Of a stretch of 64,000 bases of DNA, positions 1-10,729 are shown piece by piece. The translations under genes and the position numbers were made by a program. The notes under the pieces were generated by a model. That model saw only the letters and a list, made by a program, of their open reading frames with translations, was not told the DNA's origin and ran no database searches. The stretch is from Escherichia coli (lineage in GTDB: Bacteria; Pseudomonadota; Gammaproteobacteria; Enterobacterales; Enterobacteriaceae). The DNA lies in assembly GCF_044324785.1 (NCBI RefSeq), contig NZ_CP172127.1; one strand, 5' to 3'. Numbering within the stretch: position 1 is the first letter of the stretch; each line of letters starts with the position of its first letter.

Positions 1-1530
1 CTGTACCCAACCGTTTTGCGTAAAGACAAAACCGTCGAGATGCTCGCCAAAGTATTCCACCATGTCATTACGCTCGGCCTCGCCATGCACCAGCACATCC
101 AGACCTAAACGTTCCTGCTCAACAATGGCCTGCTTGATATGTTCCGCAATGCCCGTACGGTAGTTGTTGGCGTCGAGATTACCCTTTTTGAAATCCAGAC
201 GCAGGGTACGAATTTCCGTGGTTTGCGGGAAGGAACCAATCGTGGTGGTCGGCCACGCGGGCAGTTTAAAACGCGCACGCTGGGCTTCAGCACGCACTTC
301 ATAGACATTCGCACGCTGACTGTCCTGGGCGGTGATCGCCGCCAGACGCTTTTCTACCGCCGGATTATGGACACGGGTAGAGTGACGACGCGCCTGAATC
401 GGAGCGCTCCACTCTGCCAGAGCTGCCGTATCACCACTGTTCAGCGCATCGCGCAGTAGTGCCAGTTCGTGACATTTTTGTAGAGCGAAGGCAAACCAGC
501 TTTTCACTTCTGCATCAAGACGCGTTTCCACGCTCAGGTCGATGGGGCTGTGCAGCAGTGAGCAGGAAGATGCCACCCACAAATCACGTTTGCCGACAAA
601 GTCCTTAATTTGCGCATATTTCTCGGTAAGATCGGCGCGCCAGACGTTACGACCATTGATAAGACCCGCAGACAGTAGCCAGTCTGAAGGCAGACGCTTG
701 TGCAGTTCAGCAACGTCATCTTTACCATGTACAAGGTCCACATGCAGCCCCTGAACAGGCAGCGCAGTAATCGTGTCGAGATTTGGCGTTACGCCTTCAA
801 AATAGGTAGTCAGCAGCAGTTTCACCTGGCCCTGGAGCGCGTCGTAAGCGGGTTTGTATGCGTCCAGCCACGCCTGCGGCAGTTCCAGAACCAGCGCGGG
901 TTCGTCGATCTGTACCCACTCAATGCCGCGTTTTGCCAGTTCTGCCAGCACTTGCTGATAAACCGGCAGAATGTCGTTCAGCAGGCTAAGGCGATCAAAC
1001 TGTTCACCTTTCACTTTACCCAGCCACAGGTAGGTAATCGGCCCCAGCAGCACAGGTTTCACCTTGTGGCCCAGCGCCAGCGCCTCGTCCACTTCCTCCA
1101 GCAGCTGCGTCCAGGTCAGTTTGAACTGTTGGCCTTTAACGAACTCCGGCACCATGTAGTGATAGTTGGTGTTAAACCATTTGGTCATTTCCGCTGCCGC
1201 CGCAGGTTCGCCAGTCGGTGCACGTCCACGACCAATACGGAACAGGGTGTCGATATCTACCGAACCATCGTTGTTCTGATGACGTGGCGGAACATTACCC
1301 AGCAGCAGACTGGTGGTCAGTACATGATCGTACCAGGCAAAATCGCCCACCGGCAGCAGGTCGATACCCGCTTGCTTTTGTTGATCCCAGTGACGAGCAC
1401 GCAATTCACGCCCTACTGCCAGCAGTTCTTCACGCGTGGAGTTCCCCGCCCAATAACTCTCTTGCGCTTTTTTCAGCTCGCGACGCAGGCCAACGCGAGG
1501 GAAACCGAGGGTGTGATTAAGAATTGTCAT
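1..1530 (-). CDS. metE: Cobalamin-independent methionine synthase, N-terminal ~510 codons; the gene runs off the left edge of the window
   Basis: Reverse complement from 1530 translates to [35 protein letters not shown]..., which I recognise as the MetE N-terminus; start codon is 'cat' at 1528..1530 on the + strand. Absent from the ORF track only because it is truncated by the window edge. Confidence 0.92.
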   Translation of the reverse strand, partial: MTILNHTLGFPRVGLRRELKKAQESYWAGNSTREELLAVGRELRARHWDQQKQAGIDLLPVGDFAWYDHVLTTSLLLGNVPPRHQNNDGSVDIDTLFRIGRGRAPTGEPAAAAEMTKWFNTNYHYMVPEFVKGQQFKLTWTQLLEEVDEALALGHKVKPVLLGPITYLWLGKVKGEQFDRLSLLNDILPVYQQVLAELAKRGIEWVQIDEPALVLELPQAWLDAYKPAYDALQGQVKLLLTTYFEGVTPNLDTITALPVQGLHVDLVHGKDDVAELHKRLPSDWLLSAGLINGRNVWRADLTEKYAQIKDFVGKRDLWVASSCSLLHSPIDLSVETRLDAEVKSWFAFALQKCHELALLRDALNSGDTAALAEWSAPIQARRHSTRVHNPAVEKRLAAITAQDSQRANVYEVRAEAQRARFKLPAWPTTTIGSFPQTTEIRTLRLDFKKGNLDANNYRTGIAEHIKQAIVEQERLGLDVLVHGEAERNDMVEYFGEHLDGFVFTQNGWVQ

Positions 1531-1647
1531 TATATGCCCCTTATGGAATTTTTAGTATTTAGCCGTCCAGATGTTTACACATCCATAATTGGCGGTTACT
1601 GTATATTCCTCAAGCGCAAATTATTCATGCCGAAGTGAAGGACTTTC
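1531..1647. promoter_or_regulatory. metE-metR divergent control region (expected MetR activation site and MetJ boxes)
   Basis: 117-bp spacer between divergent metE and metR starts; contains near-palindromic 8-mers resembling the MetJ box AGACGTCT (e.g. 'ccgtccagatgtttacacatcc'). Exact operator positions not resolved. Confidence 0.5.
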
Positions 1648-2601
1648 ATGATCGAAGTAAAACATCTGAAAACGCTACAAGCGTTGCGGAACTGCGGCTC
1701 GCTCGCAGCCGCTGCGGCGACGTTGCATCAGACGCAATCCGCCCTGTCTCACCAGTTTAGCGATCTGGAACAACGCCTTGGCTTCCGGCTATTTGTGCGT
1801 AAAAGCCAGCCGCTTCGCTTTACACCGCAGGGAGAAATCCTGTTGCAACTGGCAAATCAGGTGCTGCCGCAAATCAGCCAGGCACTGCAAGCCTGCAATG
1901 AACCGCAGCAGACGCGTCTGCGCATCGCCATTGAGTGCCATAGCTGTATTCAGTGGCTGACGCCCGCGTTAGAAAATTTCCATAAGAACTGGCCGCAGGT
2001 CGAGATGGACTTTAAATCGGGCGTGACATTTGACCCGCAGCCCGCCTTGCAACAGGGAGAGCTGGATCTGGTAATGACGTCCGATATTCTGCCGCGCAGT
2101 GGCCTGCATTATTCGCCGATGTTCGACTATGAAGTACGCCTGGTGTTAGCACCTGACCATCCATTGGCGGCAAAAACGCGTATTACACCGGAAGATCTCG
2201 CCAGCGAGACGCTGTTGATTTATCCGGTGCAGCGTAGCCGACTGGATGTCTGGCGGCATTTTCTTCAGCCGGCAGGCGTCAGCCCGTCACTGAAAAGCGT
2301 CGATAACACCTTATTGTTGATTCAGATGGTTGCCGCGCGGATGGGTATTGCCGCCCTGCCGCATTGGGTAGTAGAGAGTTTTGAGCGCCAGGGTCTGGTG
2401 GTGACCAAAACCCTGGGCGAAGGCTTGTGGAGCCGACTGTACGCCGCCGTGCGCGATGGCGAGCAGCGTCAGCCGATTACTGAAGCGTTTATTCGCTCAG
2501 CGCGCAATCACGCCTGCGATCATCTGCCGTTTGTGAAGAGCGCGGAGCGACCCACTTACGATGCACCCACAGTGAGGCCAGGATCACCAGCGCGCCTGTA
2601 A
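1648..2601 (+). CDS. metR: LysR-family transcriptional activator of metE/metH
   Basis: 317-aa [48 protein letters not shown]... with an N-terminal LysR helix-turn-helix; divergent from metE. Confidence 0.93.
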   Translation: MIEVKHLKTLQALRNCGSLAAAAATLHQTQSALSHQFSDLEQRLGFRLFVRKSQPLRFTPQGEILLQLANQVLPQISQALQACNEPQQTRLRIAIECHSCIQWLTPALENFHKNWPQVEMDFKSGVTFDPQPALQQGELDLVMTSDILPRSGLHYSPMFDYEVRLVLAPDHPLAAKTRITPEDLASETLLIYPVQRSRLDVWRHFLQPAGVSPSLKSVDNTLLLIQMVAARMGIAALPHWVVESFERQGLVVTKTLGEGLWSRLYAAVRDGEQRQPITEAFIRSARNHACDHLPFVKSAERPTYDAPTVRPGSPARL

Positions 2602-3388
2602 TGAACGTTGGCCAGTGCGGCTGTTGGTGCCAGATAGCCAGGTTTACCAGCAGCCCTGCCGGAACGTGCATATTATTCATAATGCCCAGCGTTCCGGCGT
2701 CCACCTGCGTCGCGCCGTAGTTCCACATAAAGTAGCCAATCCCGGAAGCCACCACGCCAAGAAACACCAGAATGCCCCATTGCAGCGTGGTTTGCGGCAT
2801 TTTCTGCGCATTTCCCAGCAAGAACCATGCAATCACCGCCACCAGGAACGCGCCAAGATAGAACCACGCAAAGGCGTTATGCTGCGGCATCGGGCGAGTT
2901 TCCATCAGACGTTTGTAACCCACCATGCCGATGGCAAAAGTGATATTGGAGAGCTGCACCAGCAGCAGGCCAGTCCAGAAGTGGTCGGTGACCTGATCAT
3001 AGCGAATAATCCCGGCACCAATCACCGCCAACAAGGCGCTAAAAGCATAGCCCCAGCGCAGACGGCGCTGACTCATGATGTCATAAATCAACGTGATGTA
3101 GAGCGGCGTCAGTACGGTGAACAGCAACAATTCGGAGACCGTCAGGTAGAGATAGGCGCGAAAACTCAGCATATACATCACGCCGAGCTGCATCGCGCCC
3201 ACCAGCATATACAGGCCGACCGTTTTCAGGCTATTGCCACGGGTACGCAGAAACGGTAAAAAAACGAGTGCCGCCAGGCCAACGCGCACCAGCACCGCAA
3301 AATAGCTATCGACGTGCCCCGCAAGGTACTCGCCATAAAAGCTAAAGGAGAAGGCCCACAGAATCGTGGTGATGATAAGTAGCGCCAC
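2489..3388 (-). CDS. yigM: EamA/DMT-family inner membrane transporter
   Basis: 299-aa polytopic hydrophobic ORF in the conserved position between metR and yigL; its 3' end overlaps the metR 3' end convergently. Confidence 0.85.
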   Translation of the reverse strand: MALLIITTILWAFSFSFYGEYLAGHVDSYFAVLVRVGLAALVFLPFLRTRGNSLKTVGLYMLVGAMQLGVMYMLSFRAYLYLTVSELLLFTVLTPLYITLIYDIMSQRRLRWGYAFSALLAVIGAGIIRYDQVTDHFWTGLLLVQLSNITFAIGMVGYKRLMETRPMPQHNAFAWFYLGAFLVAVIAWFLLGNAQKMPQTTLQWGILVFLGVVASGIGYFMWNYGATQVDAGTLGIMNNMHVPAGLLVNLAIWHQQPHWPTFITGALVILASLWVHRKWVAPRSSQTADDRRRDCALSE

Positions 3389-3463
3389 AATGGAAAACTC
3401 TTTGATTAACGAGTATCCATTGTAGCGAAGTATCAGGTTGACAACTGACCAAATAAAGAACGA

Positions 3464-4264
3464 TTACGATAAATAGAGCTTACGCAGATAATGCGGCACT
3501 GCGTCCTCGGCGTTAGTACCAATCACTTCCAGCTCCGGATGCAGATCTTTCAGACGCTGGTGCGCACTGCCCATAATGCAGCCTTTCCCCGCCATCGACA
3601 GCATTTCGGCGTCGTTCATGCCATCGCCAAAGGCAATGCAATCTTGCAGGCTGTAGCCCAGTTTCTTCGCCACCGCTTCCAGCGCATGACCTTTCGACAC
3701 GCCGCCCGCCATCACTTCCAGACAGGTTAAGGTAGAGAAACTAACGTTGACGCGATCGCCCCAGCGAGCGTTGATCGCCTGCTCCAGCGGCAGAAGTTGT
3801 TCATGGGAATCGCAGGTGAAGAACACTTTGCTGACGCCTTCCGGCTCCAGTAATCCCGGCTCATACAGCGCATATTTGAACACCGCTTCTTTAAAAAAGC
3901 GCATCTCTTCCGGGCGATGGCGATTCATAAACCATTCGTCGTCGCGATAAACATTAGTAATGATGTCCGGATTGTCGTTGACTACGCCAAACAGATCGCT
4001 GGCAATGTCGCGATCCAGGTTATGAGCAAAAATCAGATTGCCATCCAGATCGTGAACGCGCGCGCCATTGGAGGTAATCATGTAAGACTTAATCTCCAGA
4101 TTATCGCGAATTTGCCCCACATCAACGTGGTGACGACCGGTCGCAAACACAAAGTTGATGCCGCGCGCGGTGAGCAGCTTCAGAGTTTCTTTGGCGTAAG
4201 GGGATAACGTATGGTCGGGAGAAAGTAACGTGCCATCTAAATCAGACGCAACAACCTGGTACAT
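3464..4264 (-). CDS. yigL: HAD-superfamily (Cof-type) sugar-phosphate phosphatase
   Basis: The ORF extends to 4390, but the start is placed at the internal Met (MYQVVASDLDGTLLSPDHTLSPYAKETLKLL...) giving ~266 aa; HAD motif DxDGTL at the N-terminus; 'cat' at 4262..4264. Confidence 0.85.
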   Translation of the reverse strand: MYQVVASDLDGTLLSPDHTLSPYAKETLKLLTARGINFVFATGRHHVDVGQIRDNLEIKSYMITSNGARVHDLDGNLIFAHNLDRDIASDLFGVVNDNPDIITNVYRDDEWFMNRHRPEEMRFFKEAVFKYALYEPGLLEPEGVSKVFFTCDSHEQLLPLEQAINARWGDRVNVSFSTLTCLEVMAGGVSKGHALEAVAKKLGYSLQDCIAFGDGMNDAEMLSMAGKGCIMGSAHQRLKDLHPELEVIGTNAEDAVPHYLRKLYLS

Positions 4265-4271
4265 AAGAAAT

Positions 4272-5294
4272 TTAAACCTCTGTAGAGCGGTTTCCGCTGG
4301 GTGAGTTATGCCTGTTGAAAAAATCAACGATGGCGTGGAGCGCGACTGAGCGCATTGCGTCCTTTTCAAAAAGGATCTCATGGTACGCACCTTTAATTAC
4401 CAACGGCCGTCCTCCTTCGACAGGATGGCCCGCGGCGGTGCGGAGTTCACAAAAACGATCGTGCATGCGGTTATCCACCACGCGTTCCTCTTCAGCTTGT
4501 AAGAGAAGCGTTGGCGTGGCGTCATCACCCGCACCGGCTAACACCTGTTCGCCAGCCAGAATACTTTCGCGTACCCAATGGTAGGTTGGCCCACCGACGC
4601 GAATCGTTGGGTCATCAGCATAGAAGCGTAAGTTACGTCGATATCGCTGTCTGCTGTGGGTCAGTACGTTGATAGCAAACGGCAACGCGCGCCAGCGCCC
4701 GGTGCCTATTGCATAGCCATCACGGAAACGTGGATGCGCTTCGGCCCAGTTGAGGATTTGCCGTGCCATAAATGACGGCATACGAATCACGATCCCAAAC
4801 ATTGGCGCAGTTAGCGCAATGGCGTCACATACACCTGGATGGCGTTGCAGAAATAATGTGGAGATCGCACCGCCCATTGAATGTGCCAGTATATAGCGTT
4901 TACGCCACGGACCGGGCTGAACCTCCTGTTGCCAGAATGCCGCCAGATCATCAACATAATCATTAAAGCGATTAACATGCCCGAGATGCGGATCGGCTAA
5001 CAGGCGACCGGAACGTCCCTGCCCGCGATGGTCGATGATTAAGACATCAAACCCCAAATGGAACAGGTCATAGGCCAGTTCCGCATATTTTACGTAGCTC
5101 TCAATACGCCCCGGGCAGATGACTACCACCCGGTCATGGTGCTGTGCGCGAAAACGGACAAAGCGCACCGGAATGTCATCCACACCAGTAAATTCTGCTT
5201 CATCACGCTGACGCCAGAAATCAGTCAGCGGTCCCATGGTAAAAGCAGCAAACGCGTTTTCTCTTGTTTCCCAGTCTTTTTGCTGCTGAAACAT
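4272..5294 (-). CDS. pldB: Lysophospholipase L2 (alpha/beta hydrolase)
   Basis: 340-aa ORF MFQQQKDWETRENAFAAF... with GHSMGG nucleophile-elbow motif; immediately upstream of yigL on the same strand. Confidence 0.92.
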   Translation of the reverse strand: MFQQQKDWETRENAFAAFTMGPLTDFWRQRDEAEFTGVDDIPVRFVRFRAQHHDRVVVICPGRIESYVKYAELAYDLFHLGFDVLIIDHRGQGRSGRLLADPHLGHVNRFNDYVDDLAAFWQQEVQPGPWRKRYILAHSMGGAISTLFLQRHPGVCDAIALTAPMFGIVIRMPSFMARQILNWAEAHPRFRDGYAIGTGRWRALPFAINVLTHSRQRYRRNLRFYADDPTIRVGGPTYHWVRESILAGEQVLAGAGDDATPTLLLQAEEERVVDNRMHDRFCELRTAAGHPVEGGRPLVIKGAYHEILFEKDAMRSVALHAIVDFFNRHNSPSGNRSTEV

Positions 5295-5404
5295 CGGGTA
5301 ATCTGCCTCTTAAACCACGTAAAATCGTTTTTTTAAGCGTGCCTGACACAACGCTGCGACAGTAGCGTATTGTGGCACAAAAATAGACACACCGGGAGTT
5401 CATC

Positions 5405-6025
5405 ATGACCTTAGAATGGTGGTTTGCCTACCTGCTGACATCGATCATTTTAAGCCTGTCGCCAGGCTCTGGCGCAATCAACACCATGACCACCTCGCTC
5501 AACCACGGTTATCGCGGCGCGGTGGCGTCTATTGCTGGGCTTCAGACCGGACTGGCGATTCATATTGTGCTGGTTGGCGTGGGTTTGGGGACGCTATTTT
5601 CCCGCTCAGTGATTGCGTTTGAAGTGTTGAAGTGGGCGGGCGCAGCTTACTTGATTTGGCTGGGAATACAGCAGTGGCGCGCCGCTGGCGCAATTGATCT
5701 TAAATCGCTAGCCTCTACTCAATCGCGCCGACATTTGTTCCAGCGCGCAGTGTTTGTGAATCTTACCAATCCCAAAAGTATTGTGTTTCTGGCAGCGCTA
5801 TTTCCGCAATTCATCATGCCGCAGCAGCCACAACTGATGCAGTATATCGTGCTCGGCGTCACCACTATTGTGGTCGATATTATTGTGATGATCGGTTACG
5901 CCACCCTTGCTCAACGGATTGCTCTATGGATTAAAGGACCAAAGCAGATGAAGGCGCTGAATAAGATTTTCGGCTCGTTGTTTATGCTGGTGGGAGCACT
6001 GTTAGCATCGGCGAGGCATGCGTGA
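5405..6025 (+). CDS. rhtB: LysE/RhtB-family homoserine/homoserine-lactone efflux protein
   Basis: 206-aa membrane [34 protein letters not shown]...; conserved position divergent from pldB. Confidence 0.92.
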
Positions 6026-6033
6026 AAAATAAT

Positions 6034-6063
6034 GTCGGATGCGGCGTAAACGCCTTATCCGAC
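6034..6063. repeat. REP (repetitive extragenic palindromic) element
   Basis: 'gtcggatgcggcgtaaacgccttatccgac' is a canonical imperfect palindrome of the GCCGGATGCGGCGTGAACGCCTTATCCGGC type, between convergent rhtB and rhtC. Confidence 0.8.
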
Positions 6064-6086
6064 TTACTCTGATGACGCGTCTGGCA

Positions 6087-6707
6087 TCAACGCGAAATAA
6101 TCAAATGAATGCCAAATCCGGCAAATAACGCCCCGGCAAAACCATCAATCCACTTCGCCAGACGTTGATAACCACGGCGCATTTGCGGCAGGGCAAACAG
6201 GCTGGCAACGACGGTAAACCACGCCAGTGTTTCGATAATAATCAACGCGAAAATGCCCCAGCGCTCAGTGGTGCCGACGTTATCGCCGACAAACAGCGAG
6301 AATACCGAACCAAAGTAGATAATCGCTTTCGGATTAGCGAGATTGGTCAGTAAGCCTTTCAGGAAACTGCGTCCGCTTTTTGCCAGTTCTACCTGTGGCG
6401 CAGGCGCAGAAACGACCTCTTTTTTCAGTGCGCTACGCAGCATCTGATAACCCATCCAGCAGAGATACAGGCCACCGCCCACCATAATCAGCGTATGCAG
6501 CCAGGCCATTTTTTCGATAATCAAATGCAGGCCAAGCAACGCAATCCCAGCCCAAACCATTACGCCGCAGGTAATGCCCAGCACGCCCATCATCGCTTCT
6601 TTACGGGAACGACTGACAGCGGTCTGAGAGACAAAAAAGAAATCGGGACCGGGGCTCATAAGCGCCACAATGTGCACCATGGCGACGGTGAGGAATAACA
6701 TCAACAT
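6087..6707 (-). CDS. rhtC: LysE/RhtB-family threonine efflux protein
   Basis: 206-aa hydrophobic ORF MLMLFLTVAMVHIVALMSPGPDFFF..., a paralogue of rhtB in the conserved adjacent position. Confidence 0.9.
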   Translation of the reverse strand: MLMLFLTVAMVHIVALMSPGPDFFFVSQTAVSRSRKEAMMGVLGITCGVMVWAGIALLGLHLIIEKMAWLHTLIMVGGGLYLCWMGYQMLRSALKKEVVSAPAPQVELAKSGRSFLKGLLTNLANPKAIIYFGSVFSLFVGDNVGTTERWGIFALIIIETLAWFTVVASLFALPQMRRGYQRLAKWIDGFAGALFAGFGIHLIISR

Positions 6708-6770
6708 ACATTAGACTCGCGGGGGAAACGTTTACGGAGTCTTCATCCTGGCACTTTTTTATCCTGCTGA

Positions 6771-8606
6771 CTACTCTTCGTCATCGCCATCAACATGCGC
6801 ACGAATCAGCGCCATGAACGGTTTGCCAAAGCGTTCCAGCTTGCGCATCCCAACGCCGTTAACGCTGAGCATTTCGCTGGCAGTGATCGGCATCTGTTCC
6901 GCCATCTCAATCAAGGTTGCGTCGTTAAATACCACGTACGGCGGGACATTGCTTTCATCGGCAATCGATTTACGCAGTTTGCGTAATTTGGCGAACAGTT
7001 TGCGATCGTAGTTGCCGCCGAAGGATTTCTGCATCGCTTTCGGTTTGAGCGCCACGATACGCGGCACGGCAAGTTGCAAAGAGGATTCGCCGCGCAGCAC
7101 CGGGCGCGCGGCCTCTGTCAGTTGTAGGGCAGAATGCTGGGCAATATTTTGCGTCACCAGGCCGAGGTGAATCAGCTGGCGGATCACGCTAACCCAATGT
7201 TCATGGCTTTTATCACGGCCCATGCCATAGACTTTCAGTTTGTCATGACCATAGTCGCGGATACGCTGGTTATTAGCGCCACGAATCACTTCCACCACAT
7301 AACCCATCCCAAACCGCTGATTCACACGACCAATGGTGGAAAGGGCAATCTGAGCATCGGTTGAACCATCGTATTGTTTCGGCGGATCGAGGCAGATATC
7401 GCAGTTCCCGCACGGCTCCTGCCGCCCTTCGCCAAAGTAGTTCAGCAGCACCAGACGACGGCAAGTTTGCGCTTCGGCAAACGCGCCCATCGCATTGAGT
7501 TTATGGCGCTCGATATCCTGCAACTGCCCCTGCGGTTTCTCTTCCAGACAACGGCGCAGCCACGCCATATCCGCTGGATCGTAAAACAGCATCGCTTCCG
7601 CGGGCAGGCCATCACGCCCGGCGCGTCCGGTTTCCTGATAATAGGATTCGATATTGCGCGGAATATCAAAGTGGACCACGAAGCGGACGTTTGGTTTATT
7701 GATGCCCATGCCGAACGCCACCGTCGCCACCACAATTTGCAGGTCATCGCGCTGGAATTTCTCCTGCACGTCGGCGCGAATATTATTTTCCAGCCCGGCA
7801 TGATAGGCCGCCGCGCTAATTCCCTTGCTTTGCAGGCGCGCAGCGGTGTCTTCTACTTTCGCCCGGCTGTTGCAGTAAATAATCCCCGACTTACCGCGTT
7901 GTTCCTGCACGTAGCGCATCAGCTGATCGAGAGGTTTGAACTTCTCCATCAACATGTAGCGAATATTCGGACGGTCAAAACTGCTAATTTGAATCAGCGG
8001 ATCGTTCAGCCCCAGCAGGCGCACGATATCCTGCCGCGTGGTGTCGTCGGCGGTGGCAGTCAGCGCCATAAACGGCAGCGTCGGAAAACGCTGACGCAGC
8101 TGACCGAGGGCAGCGTATTCCGGGCGGAAATCGTGGCCCCATTGGGAGATACAGTGCGCTTCATCAACGGCTAATAACACCGGATTCCAGTGCGCCAGAT
8201 GCTCAAGAAAGTTATCCAGCATCAGGCGTTCCGGCGCGATATAAAGCAGGCGGATTTGCCCGGTGCGACAGCCTGTCATAACTTCAAGTTGCTGCTCGCG
8301 GGTTTGCGTCGAGTTAAGGCACGCCGCCGCCACGCCGTTGGCTTGCAGTTGATCCACCTGATCTTTCATCAACGAAATCAGCGGTGAAACAACCACGGTA
8401 AGGCCGTTTAGCAATAAGGCAGGAATTTGATAGCAAAGGGATTTTCCGCCACCAGTGGGCATAACAACCAGGCAATCGCGACCGGAAAGTACGGTGTCGA
8501 TAATCTCTTCCTGGCCGGGGCGAAACTGTTGGTAGCCAAAGGTTTCTTGTAAAACCTGTTTAGCCCCTGACTCCAGATTCAACACTTCCGCCTGCGCCAC
8601 ATTCAC
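6771..8606 (-). CDS. recQ: ATP-dependent DNA helicase RecQ
   Basis: 611-aa ORF with helicase motifs (PTGGGKS, DEAH) and a C-terminal HRDC-like region; the true start may lie 2 codons downstream of the ORF start. Confidence 0.93.
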   Translation of the reverse strand: MNVAQAEVLNLESGAKQVLQETFGYQQFRPGQEEIIDTVLSGRDCLVVMPTGGGKSLCYQIPALLLNGLTVVVSPLISLMKDQVDQLQANGVAAACLNSTQTREQQLEVMTGCRTGQIRLLYIAPERLMLDNFLEHLAHWNPVLLAVDEAHCISQWGHDFRPEYAALGQLRQRFPTLPFMALTATADDTTRQDIVRLLGLNDPLIQISSFDRPNIRYMLMEKFKPLDQLMRYVQEQRGKSGIIYCNSRAKVEDTAARLQSKGISAAAYHAGLENNIRADVQEKFQRDDLQIVVATVAFGMGINKPNVRFVVHFDIPRNIESYYQETGRAGRDGLPAEAMLFYDPADMAWLRRCLEEKPQGQLQDIERHKLNAMGAFAEAQTCRRLVLLNYFGEGRQEPCGNCDICLDPPKQYDGSTDAQIALSTIGRVNQRFGMGYVVEVIRGANNQRIRDYGHDKLKVYGMGRDKSHEHWVSVIRQLIHLGLVTQNIAQHSALQLTEAARPVLRGESSLQLAVPRIVALKPKAMQKSFGGNYDRKLFAKLRKLRKSIADESNVPPYVVFNDATLIEMAEQMPITASEMLSVNGVGMRKLERFGKPFMALIRAHVDGDDEE

Positions 8607-8618
8607 CCCGATTGCCTG

Positions 8619-8649
8619 AAATAAAAACAGGCGCTATTTTCAGCGCCTG
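8619..8649 (-). terminator. Intrinsic terminator upstream of recQ (terminates the pldA/8670..9128 transcript)
   Basis: Inverted repeat 'caggcgct...agcgcctg'; on the minus strand the stem is followed by a T-run (plus-strand 'aaataaaaa' at 8619..8627). Confidence 0.6.
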
Positions 8650-8669
8650 CGCGAGAAACTGCAATGCTT

Positions 8670-9128
8670 TTAGCGTCTGGCTGGATAATGTTGGATGCTG
8701 GATTCCAGATTTGCCAGGATCAAAGCGACATCGGCATCCGCCAAACGAAATTCCGCCTGCCATATATTCTCTGACGTATGAAATGTAGGGCATAGCCCGC
8801 AAGCCAGTATCACTTTGATAATAATGACATCACCGGAATACCCTGTGTATTCGAACTCCAGGCATGGCTCGGTAAATTCCAGATTTTTCTCCGGGTAGCC
8901 ATCGGGAGAAGGGCGCTGCAACAATGTGGTAAACCACCTATGAAGCTTTGTTAAGTCATATGTCCCTATTGCCGGATCTATCTTTTCAAACCGCTGATTT
9001 CCCTGCGTCACGCCCACTTTGAGGAATAACCAGTTACCATCCCAGAAATTACTGGCATCAGGATACTGATACCCCATAACATCCAGCGTCAAAGTAACGG
9101 CCAGCTCACTATTGCTTAACGTAATCAT
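8670..9128 (-). CDS. Hypothetical 152-aa protein (candidate accessory gene between pldA and recQ)
   Basis: Intact ORF MITLSNSELAVTLTLDVMGYQYPDASNFWDGNWLFLKVG...; no signal peptide or transmembrane segment seen; does not match any protein I recognise; sits between two core genes. Confidence 0.55.
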   Translation of the reverse strand: MITLSNSELAVTLTLDVMGYQYPDASNFWDGNWLFLKVGVTQGNQRFEKIDPAIGTYDLTKLHRWFTTLLQRPSPDGYPEKNLEFTEPCLEFEYTGYSGDVIIIKVILACGLCPTFHTSENIWQAEFRLADADVALILANLESSIQHYPARR

Positions 9129-9176
9129 ATCATTTGATTTTTAAACAAAAATTAGGTGCTGGCACTCTACCATGCA

Positions 9177-10046
9177 TTAAAACAGGTCGTTTAGCATAAC
9201 CCCCACACCAACGCGGGTCTGGTTGAAGTTATAGTCGATGAGCGATTCGCCATAGCCGCTGTAAACCTGAGTATAAAGGCGCACATGTTTGGTGATCGGG
9301 TAACTTAAGCCTAACTCCGCACCGCCGTAGCCCGTGTTCCAGTTGTACTGCCCTTTCGCACTGAGCACCGCATCACCGAGGTGATAGCCGATTTTAAGCT
9401 GGTAGTAACCCATATATTTGGTGATATCCGGGTTATCGTCAGTATTACCCACCACATACCACGGCTTCACCTCTACCAGCCAGTTACCGTTTTCTGCCAT
9501 CAGGCGTGTATAAAGGCGGTTCCAGCTGCGGGAGGTCGGGTCTGAACGCCCGTTAGAGTCGTGGTTATACCCCATCTCCACATCGCGCAGCGTCCAACCT
9601 GCAAAACGGTAATCGGTGGCAAAACCGAGGAACAATTGCGGTTCGTAGTTGGTTTCACGAAACGGTGAAGACTCTTCGCTATTGGACAGTTGCCACCAGG
9701 ATTTTTGCGTGTAAGACGCACCCAATACCGAGTTCGGGCCTAAAATCCCACGCCACAGCGGAAATGCCAGGCTCAACTGAAACTTTACTTCATCCTTACG
9801 CGCATTTTCCGCCCAGTCGTAACTGGCAATCGCTTCTTTATTCAGATCGCTGGTTTGGGTGTAGATGAGGTAGTTAGTGTCATAAGGATAGAGTGTGAAC
9901 GGATTGTCATGCTCCTGCAGCATATTGGCGATAATACTGCCACGCACCGCAGGCGCGTCATGCACCTCTTTCACCGTTGCCTCTTGTGCATATACTGCCA
10001 TAGGCAACATAAACACCGGCAACAACCAGCCCTGCAGAGTCCGCAT
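9177..10046 (-). CDS. pldA: Outer membrane phospholipase A
   Basis: 289-aa ORF MRTLQGWLLPVFMLPMAVYAQEATVKEVHDAPAVRGSIIANMLQEHDNPF... with N-terminal signal peptide. Confidence 0.93.
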   Translation of the reverse strand: MRTLQGWLLPVFMLPMAVYAQEATVKEVHDAPAVRGSIIANMLQEHDNPFTLYPYDTNYLIYTQTSDLNKEAIASYDWAENARKDEVKFQLSLAFPLWRGILGPNSVLGASYTQKSWWQLSNSEESSPFRETNYEPQLFLGFATDYRFAGWTLRDVEMGYNHDSNGRSDPTSRSWNRLYTRLMAENGNWLVEVKPWYVVGNTDDNPDITKYMGYYQLKIGYHLGDAVLSAKGQYNWNTGYGGAELGLSYPITKHVRLYTQVYSGYGESLIDYNFNQTRVGVGVMLNDLF

Positions 10047-10210
10047 CGGTCGTGTTCTCCGTAACGAATTATTGATAAGGTGAATATTTTTCTGCGGGCT
10101 ATTTTACATACTTAACTCCATAGCCGTTAGTTATCCCTTCCTAAAGTAGAAACCAACAACAAAGAAGCATAAAATCAACATTTCATTAACTAATGAAGTG
10201 TAAGGATGAT

Positions 10211-10678
10211 ATGTCTGCCGTACTGACCGCTGAACAAGCCCTGAAATTAGTGGGTGAGATGTTTGTTTATCACATGCCATTTAACCGCGCATTGGGGATG
10301 GAACTGGAGCGTTACGAAAAAGAGTTCGCACAGCTGGCCTTTAAAAATCAGCCAATGATGGTGGGTAACTGGGCGCAAAGCATTTTGCACGGCGGGGTCA
10401 TTGCATCGGCGCTGGATGTCGCCGCCGGTCTGGTGTGCGTGGGAAGTACCTTAACCCGCCACGAAACCATCAGTGAAGATGAACTACGCCAGCGGCTATC
10501 GCGAATGGGGACCATTGATCTTCGCGTTGATTATCTGCGCCCTGGCAGAGGCGAGCGTTTTACTGCTACCAGTAGCCTGTTGCGGGCAGGCAATAAAGTC
10601 GCCGTCGCCCGCGTTGAATTACACAATGAAGAACAGCTTTATATTGCCAGCGCTACCGCCACCTATATGGTAGGTTGA
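10211..10678 (+). CDS. yigI: PaaI/hotdog-fold acyl-CoA thioesterase
   Basis: Start placed at the internal ATG ([29 protein letters not shown]...), 155 aa; divergent from pldA. Confidence 0.85.
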   Translation: MSAVLTAEQALKLVGEMFVYHMPFNRALGMELERYEKEFAQLAFKNQPMMVGNWAQSILHGGVIASALDVAAGLVCVGSTLTRHETISEDELRQRLSRMGTIDLRVDYLRPGRGERFTATSSLLRAGNKVAVARVELHNEEQLYIASATATYMVG

Positions 10679-10729
10679 TAACGTAAAAGCAGGTAAACTG
10701 CTGTTACCAATTAAAAATGAGTATTCCCG

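Noticed and set aside
700-1638. 312-aa ORF on the + strand
   Set aside because: Lies entirely antisense to the well-supported metE coding sequence; its product resembles nothing and is rich in Arg/Gln as expected for an antisense frame of a GC-balanced gene.
2615-3259. 214-aa + strand ORF
   Set aside because: Antisense to the yigM membrane-protein gene; His/Gln/Arg-rich low-complexity translation.
7374-8174. 266-aa + strand ORF
   Set aside because: Antisense to recQ; no independent support.
8616-8630. Possible LexA box upstream of recQ ('ctgaaataaaaacag')
   Set aside because: The CTG...CAG spacing is 9 rather than 10 nt and the sequence coincides with the A-tract and stem of the terminator hairpin; not called without a PWM score.
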